Assembly (NCBI GenBank): GCA_963978095.1
Contig: CAXBQP010000001.1
Coordinates: forward strand, 64,001-128,000
Direction of reading: 5' to 3'
Source: an uncultured bacterium
GTDB taxonomy: Bacteria > Gemmatimonadota > Gemmatimonadetes > Gemmatimonadales > Gemmatimonadaceae
Length of the DNA: 64,000 bases
Below the pieces are notes generated by a model. The model did no database searches and had not been told where the DNA came from. It saw only the letters and a program-made list of their open reading frames with translations. Positions 20,087-29,781 of the stretch are shown here, in pieces. Both the position numbers and the translations under genes were made by a program. The first letter of the stretch is position 1. Each line of letters begins with the position of its first letter.

Positions 20087-20338
20087 CCATGTTCCGGCGG
20101 AGTTGCCGCGCCGTGACTCGCACTCGGATGCGAGCCGGGATCGTGCTGGTCGCCACCATTGGCGCACCACGCGCGGGCGCACAATAATCACAGGGTCTGC
20201 ACGCCAGCGTCGGCGTGGTCCCGGACTTCTCGGTCGCCGTCGTGGCGAGAACGCCACAGGCGGAGGATTCGCTGACCCGACCGCGAGAACGGCGGCGCAT
20301 ACGGCGGCAGGCGGTTCCCCGTGCCGGGACGGCCGCGC

Positions 20339-20635
20339 TCATTTTCGCGTGACGGTCTCTTCCTTCATGACAGTCTTCGCGAACCAGAACACCACGAAGG
20401 CGACGATGACGAAGTCGATGGCGGCACCGGCCACACGCCCGAGTTCGAACGCGATCGGGCCCGGCGTCTTGAAGTTGCGCCAGTCGCCGCCGGGGATGAG
20501 TGCGCCGATGAACGGCATCAGCAGACCGTCCACCATGGCCTTCACAAGGTCGCCGAGCTTCCCGCCGATGACGACCGCGATGGCCAAACCGATGACGCCG
20601 TACTGCCTGAGAAACGTGGTGAACTCTTTCAACAC
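20339..20635 (-). CDS. mscL: Large-conductance mechanosensitive channel (short form)
   Basis: LKEFTTFL..GVIGLAIAVVIGG..LVDGLLMP..IDFVIVAFVVF. GTG start with GGAG RBS. Confidence 0.88.
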   Translation of the reverse strand: MLKEFTTFLRQYGVIGLAIAVVIGGKLGDLVKAMVDGLLMPFIGALIPGGDWRNFKTPGPIAFELGRVAGAAIDFVIVAFVVFWFAKTVMKEETVTRK

Positions 20636-20824
20636 GGTGGAGCGCTCCTGTCGGAGGTGAGTGGTGCGACGTCGACGCCCCGAAGTTGCGACGTCAGAAG
20701 CCGGTTGTCCACGACACCCGCATGACCGGCGTTTCAGTTGTGGGAGCACGCGCGCCGTCGTAGTATGGAACACGGGCCTGAGGGGCCCGCTGCGATCCCA
20801 CGCCCTTTCTCGCGGAGCCGCTGG

Positions 20825-21586
20825 ATGAGGTCGTTGCCCCCCGGAGCGAGCACCGCTGCGCGACGCGCACTCGCACGCGCGCTCGCACTCGCCTGTGCGT
20901 CGTGGAGTTCCGTCGCCGGCGCGCAGAAACCAGCGGTCAAACGCATCAACTGGCAGGCGGATCTGGGCTACGTGAGCGCGACGGGAAACACCGACGTCAC
21001 CACGATGAGCGTGGGCGACAAGATCGTCCACACCCTCAATGCCTGGACCTTCACGCAGACGGGCGCGTACATCTACGGTCGCACCAAGGGAAAGGAAAGC
21101 GCCAACCAACTCCGACTCAGTGTCCGCGCCGATGCCTCGTTCAACGGGGTGGTGGGTGCCTTCGCGGGGGTCGCCTATGAACGCAACGTGTACGCCGGAT
21201 TCGCCTCCCGATACGACCAACTGCTCGGCATCCAGTGGCGGGCCATTCGCGGCACCAGGGACTCCCTGACCGTCGACGGCGGTGGCGTACTTACTCTGCA
21301 GGAGAACACCCTGGGAGAGCAGGCACGACTCCCGGCGGCGCGTACCGCCGTGAACTACAAACACGCGTTCACCAACAAGGCGACCGTGCAGCATCTGTCT
21401 GAGGTCATTCCCGACGTGAAATCGGGGGGACACTTTCGTCTCAACAGCGAGACCGCGATGGTCGCCCCGCTTTCCGAGCACATGAGCCTCAAGGTGCGAT
21501 GGGCGACCCGCTTCAACAGCGCCCCAACGACCGGCTTCGGCACCACCGACCGCGTATTCACGGCCGGGGTCCAGGTCGCATACTGA
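20825..21586 (+). CDS. DUF481-family outer-membrane beta-barrel protein
   Basis: LGYVSATGNT motif, alternating beta strands, terminal aromatic residue. Start uncertain. Confidence 0.8.
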   Translation: MRSLPPGASTAARRALARALALACASWSSVAGAQKPAVKRINWQADLGYVSATGNTDVTTMSVGDKIVHTLNAWTFTQTGAYIYGRTKGKESANQLRLSVRADASFNGVVGAFAGVAYERNVYAGFASRYDQLLGIQWRAIRGTRDSLTVDGGGVLTLQENTLGEQARLPAARTAVNYKHAFTNKATVQHLSEVIPDVKSGGHFRLNSETAMVAPLSEHMSLKVRWATRFNSAPTTGFGTTDRVFTAGVQVAY

Positions 21587-21604
21587 GCCACGACCGACCC
21601 CCGG

Positions 21605-22177
21605 ATGGGAGCGACCCTCGCGACACTGCTGCAAGCGGTCGCGCTCGCCTACGCGAGCGGTATCAGCCTCTATGCCACCGTTGCGCTGATCGGGATCGCT
21701 GAGCGGTGGGGGTGGGTCCCCGCGGTCCCTGCCCCGCTCGACCACTTGGCATCGCCGTGGATCGTGGGGATCGCCTTCGTGCTCACGGTCGTCGAGTTCC
21801 TGGCGACGCTGATTCCCGGCGTCGCGTCCGCGTGGGACGCCGCCCACAGCCTGATTCGCCCCCCGGCCGCAGCGGCGATGGCGATCCTGGTCGCGTGGAA
21901 CGGCGATCCCACGCTCATCCTGGCCGCGGGACTGCTCGGCGGATCGATCGGATTGGCGACCCACGCCACGAAACTCGGGGTGCGGCTCGCGGTGGACAGC
22001 TCCCCGGAGCCGATCACGAATGCCGTCGCCAACAGCGGGGAGTTGGCGATGGTCACCCTGATCGTCACTTTTGTCTGGCAACACCCGACGCTCACTCTCG
22101 CAGGGGCACTCGCGATGCTCGGCCTGGTCTGGCTCACGGTGCGCACCGTGTGGCGCACCCTGCGCTCCGCGCGTTAG
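21605..22177 (+). CDS. DUF4126-family membrane protein
   Basis: YASGISLYAT, VEFLATLIPGV..WD..H..IRPPA, SPEP. Confidence 0.85.
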   Translation: MGATLATLLQAVALAYASGISLYATVALIGIAERWGWVPAVPAPLDHLASPWIVGIAFVLTVVEFLATLIPGVASAWDAAHSLIRPPAAAAMAILVAWNGDPTLILAAGLLGGSIGLATHATKLGVRLAVDSSPEPITNAVANSGELAMVTLIVTFVWQHPTLTLAGALAMLGLVWLTVRTVWRTLRSAR

Positions 22178-22545
22178 GAGCCCTGCCCGAACACCTCGAC
22201 GAAGGTCAACGAGTTCCCGTCGATGTCGAGCACCACGAACTCAGTGGTCCCCCACGGCTTGGCGGCGATGTCCCCCTCCGGGTGGATGACGCCGCGCTCG
22301 CGATACCGCGCGTAGAGCTTCCGGATCTCGGTGACTTCGATCCGGCAGCTGGAGTTCGGCGGCAGCGTCGGATCCTCCGTGCGCCAGAAGTGTACTTCGA
22401 TCGCGTCCCGGCGCACGCCGCCGTACTCCCCAGCATTGAAGTCATGCTTGAACTCCAGCACGTCGACGAAGAAGTCGATGGCGCGGCGCACGTTGGCGAC
22501 GGGGAGCATCGGGATACCGCGGGCGAAGTACGGCTGGGCAGACAT
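22174..22545 (-). CDS. VOC/bleomycin-resistance family protein
   Basis: IPMLPV.NVRRAIDFF..LEF, KPWGTTEFVVLDIDGNSLTF. Confidence 0.88.
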   Translation of the reverse strand: MSAQPYFARGIPMLPVANVRRAIDFFVDVLEFKHDFNAGEYGGVRRDAIEVHFWRTEDPTLPPNSSCRIEVTEIRKLYARYRERGVIHPEGDIAAKPWGTTEFVVLDIDGNSLTFVEVFGQGS

Positions 22546-22717
22546 ATGGACCGTGTCACGGTGGGGGGTCCCGGGAAACTTCGAGTCCTGCACGTGGCGG
22601 AAGAAACGCATTCTCCTTGCCGGAGGGAAGCCCCGTGCCGTTTCCTCCTTTCGCCCGCGCGCAGCACAAGGCATCTTCTGTGGGCGAGTTTCTGCCCTGT
22701 CCCCGACCGGAGTCCGC

Positions 22718-23455
22718 ATGACCGTACGTACCTCGATGTCCTGCCTCGCGCTCGCCGCTCTCGCGTGGTCCTGCACTCCGGCGGCCTCTGGCGGTTCCGG
22801 CAGTGCGCCCCGCCCCGCCGCGACGCCGGCATCGACCAACAGCGCCGCACGGAATGCGGGGGCCTGGACCCCGTTGTTCGACGGCACCTCGTTCACGGGC
22901 TGGCGCGGCTACAAAGTCGACACCGTGCCGAGTGGCTGGCGCGTGGTTGACGGAACCATCGCCAAGACCCGACCGGTCGAGGACATCGTCACCGTCAAGG
23001 AATACGGGGATTTCGAGCTCGAGATCGAATGGAAGATCGGGCGCGCCGGGAACAGCGGCATCTTCTACCGCGGCACGGAAGAATACGATCACATCTACTG
23101 GACTGCCCCGGAGTACCAGCTGCTCGACGACAGTCTCGCCAGCGACAACAAGACGCGACTGACCTGCGCCGGCGCGGCGTACGGACTCTACCCCTCCCCC
23201 GCGGGACATCTGAAGCCGGTCGGTGAGTGGAACAGCACCAGGATCGTCGCGCGCGGCAACCATGTCGAACATTGGCTGAACGGGTTCAAACTGCTCGAGT
23301 ACGAACTGAACAGTCCCGAATGGCTCGGCCTGGTCGCAAAGAGCAAGTTCAACGCCTGGCCCAACTACGGCCGCAACAAGAAGGGCCACATCGCATTGCA
23401 GGGGGACCACACGGGAACCCTCGCGTTCCGCAACATCCGGATCCGGGAGTTCTAA
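22718..23455 (+). CDS. DUF1080 (3-keto-glycoside hydrolase/lyase-like) lipoprotein
   Basis: Lipobox-like AWSC, LFDGTSFTGW, YGDFELEIEWK..GNSGIFY, EYQLLD, GHIALQGDH..FRNIRIRE. Confidence 0.9.
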   Translation: MTVRTSMSCLALAALAWSCTPAASGGSGSAPRPAATPASTNSAARNAGAWTPLFDGTSFTGWRGYKVDTVPSGWRVVDGTIAKTRPVEDIVTVKEYGDFELEIEWKIGRAGNSGIFYRGTEEYDHIYWTAPEYQLLDDSLASDNKTRLTCAGAAYGLYPSPAGHLKPVGEWNSTRIVARGNHVEHWLNGFKLLEYELNSPEWLGLVAKSKFNAWPNYGRNKKGHIALQGDHTGTLAFRNIRIREF

Positions 23456-24667
23456 ATGAGCACCGTCCGCACGAAACTCAGCGTCATGATGTTCCTCCAG
23501 TTCTTCGTTTGGGGAAGCTGGTTCGTCACCATGGGAACGTATCTGGGGTCCACCCTCAAGTTCTCGGACGCGCAGATCGGTCTTGCCTACGGCGCCACCG
23601 CCATCGCCGCACTGATCGCGCCCTTCTTCATGGGGATCATCGCCGACCGGTTCTTCGCCAGCGAGAGACTGCTCGCGATCCTGCACCTGATCGGTGCGGC
23701 CCTGATGTACCTGGTCAGTACGCGCACGACGTTCGGTGAGTTCTATCCGCTGGTGATCGCCTACGCGATCTGCTACATGCCGACGCTCTCGCTCACGAGC
23801 TCGATTTCCTTTCAACACATCCCGGACCCGGCGAAAGACTTTCCGCTGATCCGCGTGCTCGGGACCATCGGCTGGATCGTGGCCGGAACCGTCGTGGGCA
23901 AGATGCATGCGGAGACGTCCGCGCTGCCCATGCAGCTCGCCGCCGGCGCCTCGGTGCTGCTCGGCGTGTTCTCCCTGCTGCTGCCCCACACCCCGCCGAA
24001 AGCGGCCGGCGCGCCGTTCAGCGTGCGGGATGCGCTCGGGCTCGATGCGCTCGCCCTGCTCAAGAACACGGACTTCCTGATCTTCGTCCTCGGGTCGTTC
24101 CTGCTCTGCGTCCCGCTGCAGTTCTACTACACCTTCGCCAATCCGTTCCTGAATGAGATCGGCGCGCCGGAACCGGCGTTCATCCAGAGCTTCGGGCAGT
24201 GGAGCGAGATCGGCTTCATGGTGCTGCTCCCCTTCTTCCTCCGGCGATTCGGCATCAAGGTCGTGATGCTTGGCGGGATGCTCGCGTGGGGACTGCGCTA
24301 TTTCGCCTTCGCGCAGGGGAACACGGGCACGGGGATGTGGCTCCTGTGGGCGGGCATCCTGCTCCACGGCGTCTGCTACGATTTCTTCTTCGTCAGCGGT
24401 CAGATCTACACCGACCAGCGCGCCGGAGAGCGGATCCGCGGCGCCGCCCAAGGCTTCTACAATTTCGTGACCAATGGCCTGGGGTATTTCGTCGGATCGT
24501 ATGTGTCCGGCGCCGTGGTGGGTGGTCACGCGGTGACCGATGCCGCAGGCAAGACGACGCACGATTGGGCCGCCATCTGGCCGATTCCCGCGATGGGCGC
24601 GCTCGCGGTGTTCGTCCTCTTCTTCCTGCTGTTCCGTCCGAACGCCGCGACCCCTGCGGCCCGCTGA
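23456..24667 (+). CDS. NupG/XapB-like MFS transporter
   Basis: [41 protein letters not shown]. Confidence 0.92.
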   Translation: MSTVRTKLSVMMFLQFFVWGSWFVTMGTYLGSTLKFSDAQIGLAYGATAIAALIAPFFMGIIADRFFASERLLAILHLIGAALMYLVSTRTTFGEFYPLVIAYAICYMPTLSLTSSISFQHIPDPAKDFPLIRVLGTIGWIVAGTVVGKMHAETSALPMQLAAGASVLLGVFSLLLPHTPPKAAGAPFSVRDALGLDALALLKNTDFLIFVLGSFLLCVPLQFYYTFANPFLNEIGAPEPAFIQSFGQWSEIGFMVLLPFFLRRFGIKVVMLGGMLAWGLRYFAFAQGNTGTGMWLLWAGILLHGVCYDFFFVSGQIYTDQRAGERIRGAAQGFYNFVTNGLGYFVGSYVSGAVVGGHAVTDAAGKTTHDWAAIWPIPAMGALAVFVLFFLLFRPNAATPAAR

Positions 24668-24680
24668 TCGCGAGGTTCCC

Positions 24681-25331
24681 GTGACGGTCATCGTCGAAGC
24701 CGCCGTCGACACGTTCGTGGATGCCCTGGCCGCGCAGGGCGAGGGCGTGCATCGCCTCGAACTGTGCGGTCCGCTGCATGAGGGGGGCACGACGCCGAGT
24801 GCGGGGCTCATCGCCCGCTGTTCGGAGAAACTGCTCGTATCCGTGCACGCGCTGATTCGTCCGCGTGCGGGCAGCTTCGTCTACTGCGACGACGAAATCG
24901 AGATCATGAAGAAGGACATCGCCATCGCCAAGGAACTTGGCGTGGATGGCGTGGTGATCGGCGCCCTCACGCCGGACGACGACGTGGACGTCGAGGCGAT
25001 GGCGCAGTTGATCGCGGTGGCCTCAGGATTGCGCGTCGGTTTCCACCGCGCCTTCGATCAGGTCCGGGATCAATCCGAGGCCCTCGAACTGCTCGTCTCG
25101 CTGCAGGTGGATCACATCCTCACCAGCGGCGCCGGCAAGACGGCGATGGACGGAGCGGATCGGCTCCACGCGCTCGTGGAGCGGGCCGGCGATCGGGTCG
25201 AGATCATCGCTGGCGGATCGGTGTCGGCGGAGAATGTCGTGGATCTCGTGGCGCGCACCGGTGTGCGCGCCGTGCACGGGCGCGCCTTCCGTGGGGTCCC
25301 GCAACGCCTGCGCCCCGTCCATCACTCGTAA
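24681..25331 (+). CDS. cutC: CutC family protein
   Basis: RLELC..L.EGGTTPSAG, IRPRAGSFVY, FHRAFD, ILTSG. Confidence 0.92.
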   Translation: MTVIVEAAVDTFVDALAAQGEGVHRLELCGPLHEGGTTPSAGLIARCSEKLLVSVHALIRPRAGSFVYCDDEIEIMKKDIAIAKELGVDGVVIGALTPDDDVDVEAMAQLIAVASGLRVGFHRAFDQVRDQSEALELLVSLQVDHILTSGAGKTAMDGADRLHALVERAGDRVEIIAGGSVSAENVVDLVARTGVRAVHGRAFRGVPQRLRPVHHS

Positions 25332-25337
25332 CCACGC

Positions 25338-26288
25338 ATGCGTCGTACGCTGGTCATACTGCTCGGAGCGCTGGTGCTCACCACGGGCGGGTTCATCGCT
25401 GCCACCTGGGCGCCGGACAGGACGGTCGCCGAGTTGCAACCCAAATGGGCCCCCGCCCCATCGCGCTTCATTGCGATCCGCGGGATGCAGGCGCATGTTC
25501 GCGACGAGGGACCGCGCGAGGATCCCGAACCGATCGTGTTGCTGCACGGAACGTCGTCGAGCCTTCACACCTGGGACGGATGGGCCGACGCACTGCGATC
25601 GACGCGCCGCGTGATTCGCATGGATCTTCCAGGCTTCGGGCTGACAGGTCCGGCGCCGGACCAGGACTACACGATCGGATCCTACGTGCGTTTCGTCCAA
25701 GCCGTCCTCGACTCGCTGGGCGTCACCCGATCCGTGCTGATCGGCAACTCACTCGGCGGACAGATCGCCTGGAATCTCGCCCTCGCCGATCGCGCGCGCG
25801 TCACGAGGCTCGTGCTGGTTGACGCAGCGGGTTTCCCCATCAACTCGACGTCGGTGCCCATCGGATTCCGCCTCGCGCGGAGTGCCGTCGGGGGAAAGTT
25901 GATGCGCTACCTGCTTCCGCGCTTCATTGTCGAGTCGAGCGTGCGGAATGTGTTTGGCGACCCCGCGAAGGTCACGCCGGAGTTGGTCGATCGCTATTAC
26001 GATCTGACCTTGCGCGCGGGGAACCGCGCCGCCATCGTGGCCCGTTTCCAGCAATCGAGTGCACCGTCACCGGTGGACCGGTTACCTGAGCTTCTGATGC
26101 CGACGCTGATTCTCTGGGGGGACCGCGACCGGTTGATTGCCCCTGCGACGGCCGAACGCTTTCGGCAATCGATCCCGGGAAGCCGCGTCATCCGGTTCGC
26201 GGCGCTGGGACATGTTCCCCACGAGGAGGATCCCGTGTCCACGTTGCCGCCGCTCCGGGAATTCCTCGCATCGGCCCTCACGCATTAG
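25338..26288 (+). CDS. Alpha/beta hydrolase with N-terminal membrane anchor
   Basis: LLHG, DLPGFG, GNSLGG nucleophile elbow, GHVPHEE. Confidence 0.92.
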   Translation: MRRTLVILLGALVLTTGGFIAATWAPDRTVAELQPKWAPAPSRFIAIRGMQAHVRDEGPREDPEPIVLLHGTSSSLHTWDGWADALRSTRRVIRMDLPGFGLTGPAPDQDYTIGSYVRFVQAVLDSLGVTRSVLIGNSLGGQIAWNLALADRARVTRLVLVDAAGFPINSTSVPIGFRLARSAVGGKLMRYLLPRFIVESSVRNVFGDPAKVTPELVDRYYDLTLRAGNRAAIVARFQQSSAPSPVDRLPELLMPTLILWGDRDRLIAPATAERFRQSIPGSRVIRFAALGHVPHEEDPVSTLPPLREFLASALTH

Positions 26289-26451
26289 GATCTCCCTCGC
26301 GGAAACGGTCGGCCCGTTGGCCGGACGCGCGCACCAGGGGACTGCGGCGTCACCGGCGCGGACGCTGTCTGGTGCGATTCTTGCGGTATTTCCCTGCAAC
26401 CGGGTACAGCGGTCGGCACCCGCACCTCGACCGCACCGCCAAGAATCCTTT

Positions 26452-26464
26452 CAAGTCATTGATT
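26452..26464. promoter_or_regulatory. IHF-consensus site in an AT-rich upstream region
   Basis: caagtcattgatt matches YAANNNNTTGATW exactly. Confidence 0.35.
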
Positions 26465-26509
26465 TGCAATGTTTTACGGAAACATCACTCGAATCGGGAC
26501 TGTCCGCTC

Positions 26510-28573
26510 GTGACCCCGCACCTCCAAGACATACTGAAGGACGGCGGTCATATTGCGGCGGATCCGCGGGCAGCGGCGGCCGAAACGGCGCTCCGCGTCC
26601 AGTCGCGGCACATTCATCTCCTGTACTTTTCCGACCCGCTCTGCTCCTCCTGCCGAGTCGTCGATCCGTACCTCGCGAGCTTGGTGGAGTTGTATGACGG
26701 GTTGGTGAAGATTGACGTCAAACTCGGCGGCATGGTCAAGTCGTGGGATGCCCTGCCCCCGATGGACCCGAACTGCGGCAACGGCGAGTCGGTGGCCTGC
26801 CTGTGGGAGCGCCTCAGTGCGGAGCATGGGGTGCAGATGGACAGCGCCATCTGGCGGCGCCGCCCCGTGAAATCGTCCTACCCCGCGTCGATCGCGTACC
26901 ACGCGGCGATGGCGCAGGACCCCAAGAACAGTTTCCGATTCCTGCAGATCATCCGCGACCTCCTGTTCCTCGAGGGCAAGGACATCAGCGAGGAGCGCAT
27001 CCTCGTCACCGCGGCGATTCGGAGTGGACTCAATGTGCCGCGATTCGTGCGCGCGCTGCGCGATGGCTCGGCTGCCGACGCGTTCGCCCGTGACATTCGC
27101 GACGCCGAAAAATGGAAGGTGCGCCGCTTCCCGACGCTGGTCTTCATCAACGACCAAGGGGACAGCATCACCGACACCTCGTTCCTCAACGAGACGTCGG
27201 CTGACGATGCCTTGGCCCATTGGGGCGGGATCATCCGCGAGCTCACCCATGTCGACGCACCAGACGTCAAGCCGCGCGCCGATCTGATTGAACTGCTGGA
27301 GGAGTTCCCGGGCTTGTCGTCACGAGAGATCGCCATTCGTTGCGGCATCCCCGTGGAACGCGCCGAGGCCCGCCTCGCGACCCTCTGGAAGCATGGGCGC
27401 GTCATTCGTGAGGATCTCGCGCACGCGGAACACTGGAGGTCCAACAGCACGCCCTATCGCATCCGTCGTGATCATGCCCCGGTGCGAACCGCGGCGATCA
27501 TCGGGGGCGGCATTGCCGGATATGCCGCGGCCCGCAGCCTCGCGCAGCAAGGCGTCGATGTCCGGGTGTTCGACCGGCAGCGTCGTTCCGCGAGCCAGGG
27601 GTTCGGGTTCCTTCTGCTCAAGAACGGCATCGATGCGATCGACGCGCTCGGCCTCCGCTCCGACCTGTTGCGACGCGGCAATCCGATCAATCGATTCCGC
27701 GCGATCCTGCCGAGCGGCGAGGAGGCCTATCAGCGCCAGTTGGACGACTGCCTGAGCATGCGGCGTGAGGATTTGGTGGACATGTTGCGGGAGTCGAGTG
27801 GCGCCCGAGAGATCCGGCATGATGCGGCGTTCGCCGGCTTCCTGCACGCCGACGACGACCGCATCTCGGGCGTTCGCTTCGTCGATGGCACCAGCGTGGA
27901 AGCCGATATCGTGCTCGCGAGTGACGGGGTGCGCTCGTCCGTGCGTCATGCGCTCTTCCCGCAGCACCGCCTCGTCCCTGTGGGAGAACGGGAGATCGTG
28001 GGAATGGTGTATCTGCCCGACCTCGACGTGCCGCAGGACGAATTCGTGAAGGTGGTCGACGCCACCGGCGGCAAGTGCATGGGGATGATCCCGATGGGCG
28101 ACGGTCACTACATCTGGTTCCTGCAGTTCAATCAGCTGGAGGATCCGCTGGAAGACGGATCGGGCGAGTCGATGCGAGCCTTCCTCACGCGGGCCGGGCG
28201 CGACTATCCCCACGCGTTCGCGCAGATCATCGCACACAACGATTTTTCAACGAGCTTCCTCTGGATCTCGGAGCGCATGGACCTGTTGCCCGCCTTCTCG
28301 TTCGGCTCCGTCGCGCTGCTGGGCGACGCGGCGCACCCCTTGCTGGCCTTCACCAGCCAAGGGGCGAACTCCGCGCTCGAGGACGCCGCATGCCTGGCCG
28401 CGCTCCTCTCGAGGAAACAAGAGGAGGAGCCGGCCTCGGAGATCTTCCATCGCTACTACCGCAAGCGCGAGCCCAACATCCGGCGCTACATTGCCGAGGG
28501 CGACCAGCTGGTCGAGCAGTTCATGAATCTGAAGCGCGACCGGAACTTCCAGCTTCCCCTCTCGCTCCATTGA
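26510..28573 (+). CDS. Fusion of a YjbH/SpxH-like DsbA-thioredoxin plus winged helix and a group A FAD-dependent monooxygenase
   Basis: DPLCSSC, SSYPASIAYHAA, RRFPTLVF, wHTH LSSREIA, then IGGGIAG, ASDGVRS, LLGDAAHP..QGANSALED. Start uncertain. Confidence 0.8.
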   Translation: MTPHLQDILKDGGHIAADPRAAAAETALRVQSRHIHLLYFSDPLCSSCRVVDPYLASLVELYDGLVKIDVKLGGMVKSWDALPPMDPNCGNGESVACLWERLSAEHGVQMDSAIWRRRPVKSSYPASIAYHAAMAQDPKNSFRFLQIIRDLLFLEGKDISEERILVTAAIRSGLNVPRFVRALRDGSAADAFARDIRDAEKWKVRRFPTLVFINDQGDSITDTSFLNETSADDALAHWGGIIRELTHVDAPDVKPRADLIELLEEFPGLSSREIAIRCGIPVERAEARLATLWKHGRVIREDLAHAEHWRSNSTPYRIRRDHAPVRTAAIIGGGIAGYAAARSLAQQGVDVRVFDRQRRSASQGFGFLLLKNGIDAIDALGLRSDLLRRGNPINRFRAILPSGEEAYQRQLDDCLSMRREDLVDMLRESSGAREIRHDAAFAGFLHADDDRISGVRFVDGTSVEADIVLASDGVRSSVRHALFPQHRLVPVGEREIVGMVYLPDLDVPQDEFVKVVDATGGKCMGMIPMGDGHYIWFLQFNQLEDPLEDGSGESMRAFLTRAGRDYPHAFAQIIAHNDFSTSFLWISERMDLLPAFSFGSVALLGDAAHPLLAFTSQGANSALEDAACLAALLSRKQEEEPASEIFHRYYRKREPNIRRYIAEGDQLVEQFMNLKRDRNFQLPLSLH

Positions 28574-28575
28574 CC

Positions 28576-29751
28576 GTGACGTTCTTCGACAGCGACAACG
28601 TTCGACTCGACCTCCTCCGCCAGCGGGCGTACAACTACCGCTGGGCGGTGCATCCGGCGGACGTCATCCCGTTGACGGCGGCTGATCCGGACTTCGCGGT
28701 CGCGCCGCCGATCACCGAGGCATTGGTGCGGCATGTCACCGACGGCTACCACTCCTATGGCCCGCCCCGTGGACTTCCGGAGTTCCGCGAGGCGATTGCC
28801 GCCTGGTACACGCGCACGAAGCTGTCGCCGGTGGACGTCGCCCACGTTCTGCCCGTCAACAGTGCCGCGGGCGGACTCTTCGTCGCGGCGCGGACGATCC
28901 TCGGTCCCGGCGACAACGCCATCATTCCGGACCCGGTCGATTTCCTGTTCCGCCGATCCATCGAAGCGGCTGGCGCGACCGTACGCACCTGCCCGCTCCC
29001 CGAGCACTCCGCCGAGTTCGATCTGGACTCCCTGACGTCGCTGATCGATGACCGGACGCGGGCCATCTTCATTTGCAATCCGCACAATCCGCGCGGGCGC
29101 ATGCTCTCCGCGGCGCATCTGCTCGCCGTCGTGACACTCGCCGAGCGGCACGGGCTGTGGGTGGTGAGCGACGAGATCTGGGCCGACATCTCGTACGCGA
29201 CGCCCTTCGTCAGCATCTTGGACCGCGCACTCCCGGTGTATCCCAAGACGATCGTCGTGTCAGGGCTCTCCAAGAATTTCGCGTTGGCCGCCATGCGCAT
29301 CGGCTATCTGATCGCCCGCACCGACGAGATCACCACGCGCCTCTTCGATGCCTCGCAGCATGCGACGACCGCCGCGGGGATTCCTGTGCTCTCGCAGGTG
29401 GCCGGCACGGCCGCGCTGACCGCGTGCGATGCCTGGCTGGGGGAGTTCCGGGCGCATCTGGCTGCTCGACGCGCGCAGACGCTCGCGTTCATCGCCGAGA
29501 TGCCTTTTCTCGCCCCGGTGGACACGAATGCCACCTATCTGGCATTTCCGCGTCTGGTGGGCGTCCGCGACACGGCAGACGCATTCGTCGCGCGGGTGCT
29601 CGCGGAGAGCCGCGTCGCGCTCGTGCCGGGTGGTCGCGACTGGTTCGAGGCAGGCTCGGAAGGGCATCTGCGCATCTGCTTCGCGACATCCGAAGACATC
29701 CTCAAGGTCGCCTTCGATCGCATCACCTGCGCCCTGCCGAAACTCACGTAG
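28576..29751 (+). CDS. PLP-dependent class I/II aminotransferase, MalY/PatB-like
   Basis: IPLTAADPDF, ICNPHNPRG, VSDEIWAD, SKNF (PLP Lys), HLRICFAT. Confidence 0.9.
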   Translation: MTFFDSDNVRLDLLRQRAYNYRWAVHPADVIPLTAADPDFAVAPPITEALVRHVTDGYHSYGPPRGLPEFREAIAAWYTRTKLSPVDVAHVLPVNSAAGGLFVAARTILGPGDNAIIPDPVDFLFRRSIEAAGATVRTCPLPEHSAEFDLDSLTSLIDDRTRAIFICNPHNPRGRMLSAAHLLAVVTLAERHGLWVVSDEIWADISYATPFVSILDRALPVYPKTIVVSGLSKNFALAAMRIGYLIARTDEITTRLFDASQHATTAAGIPVLSQVAGTAALTACDAWLGEFRAHLAARRAQTLAFIAEMPFLAPVDTNATYLAFPRLVGVRDTADAFVARVLAESRVALVPGGRDWFEAGSEGHLRICFATSEDILKVAFDRITCALPKLT

Positions 29752-29781
29752 CGCGGGGACGCGTCGCCCGCCTGCCCCAGG

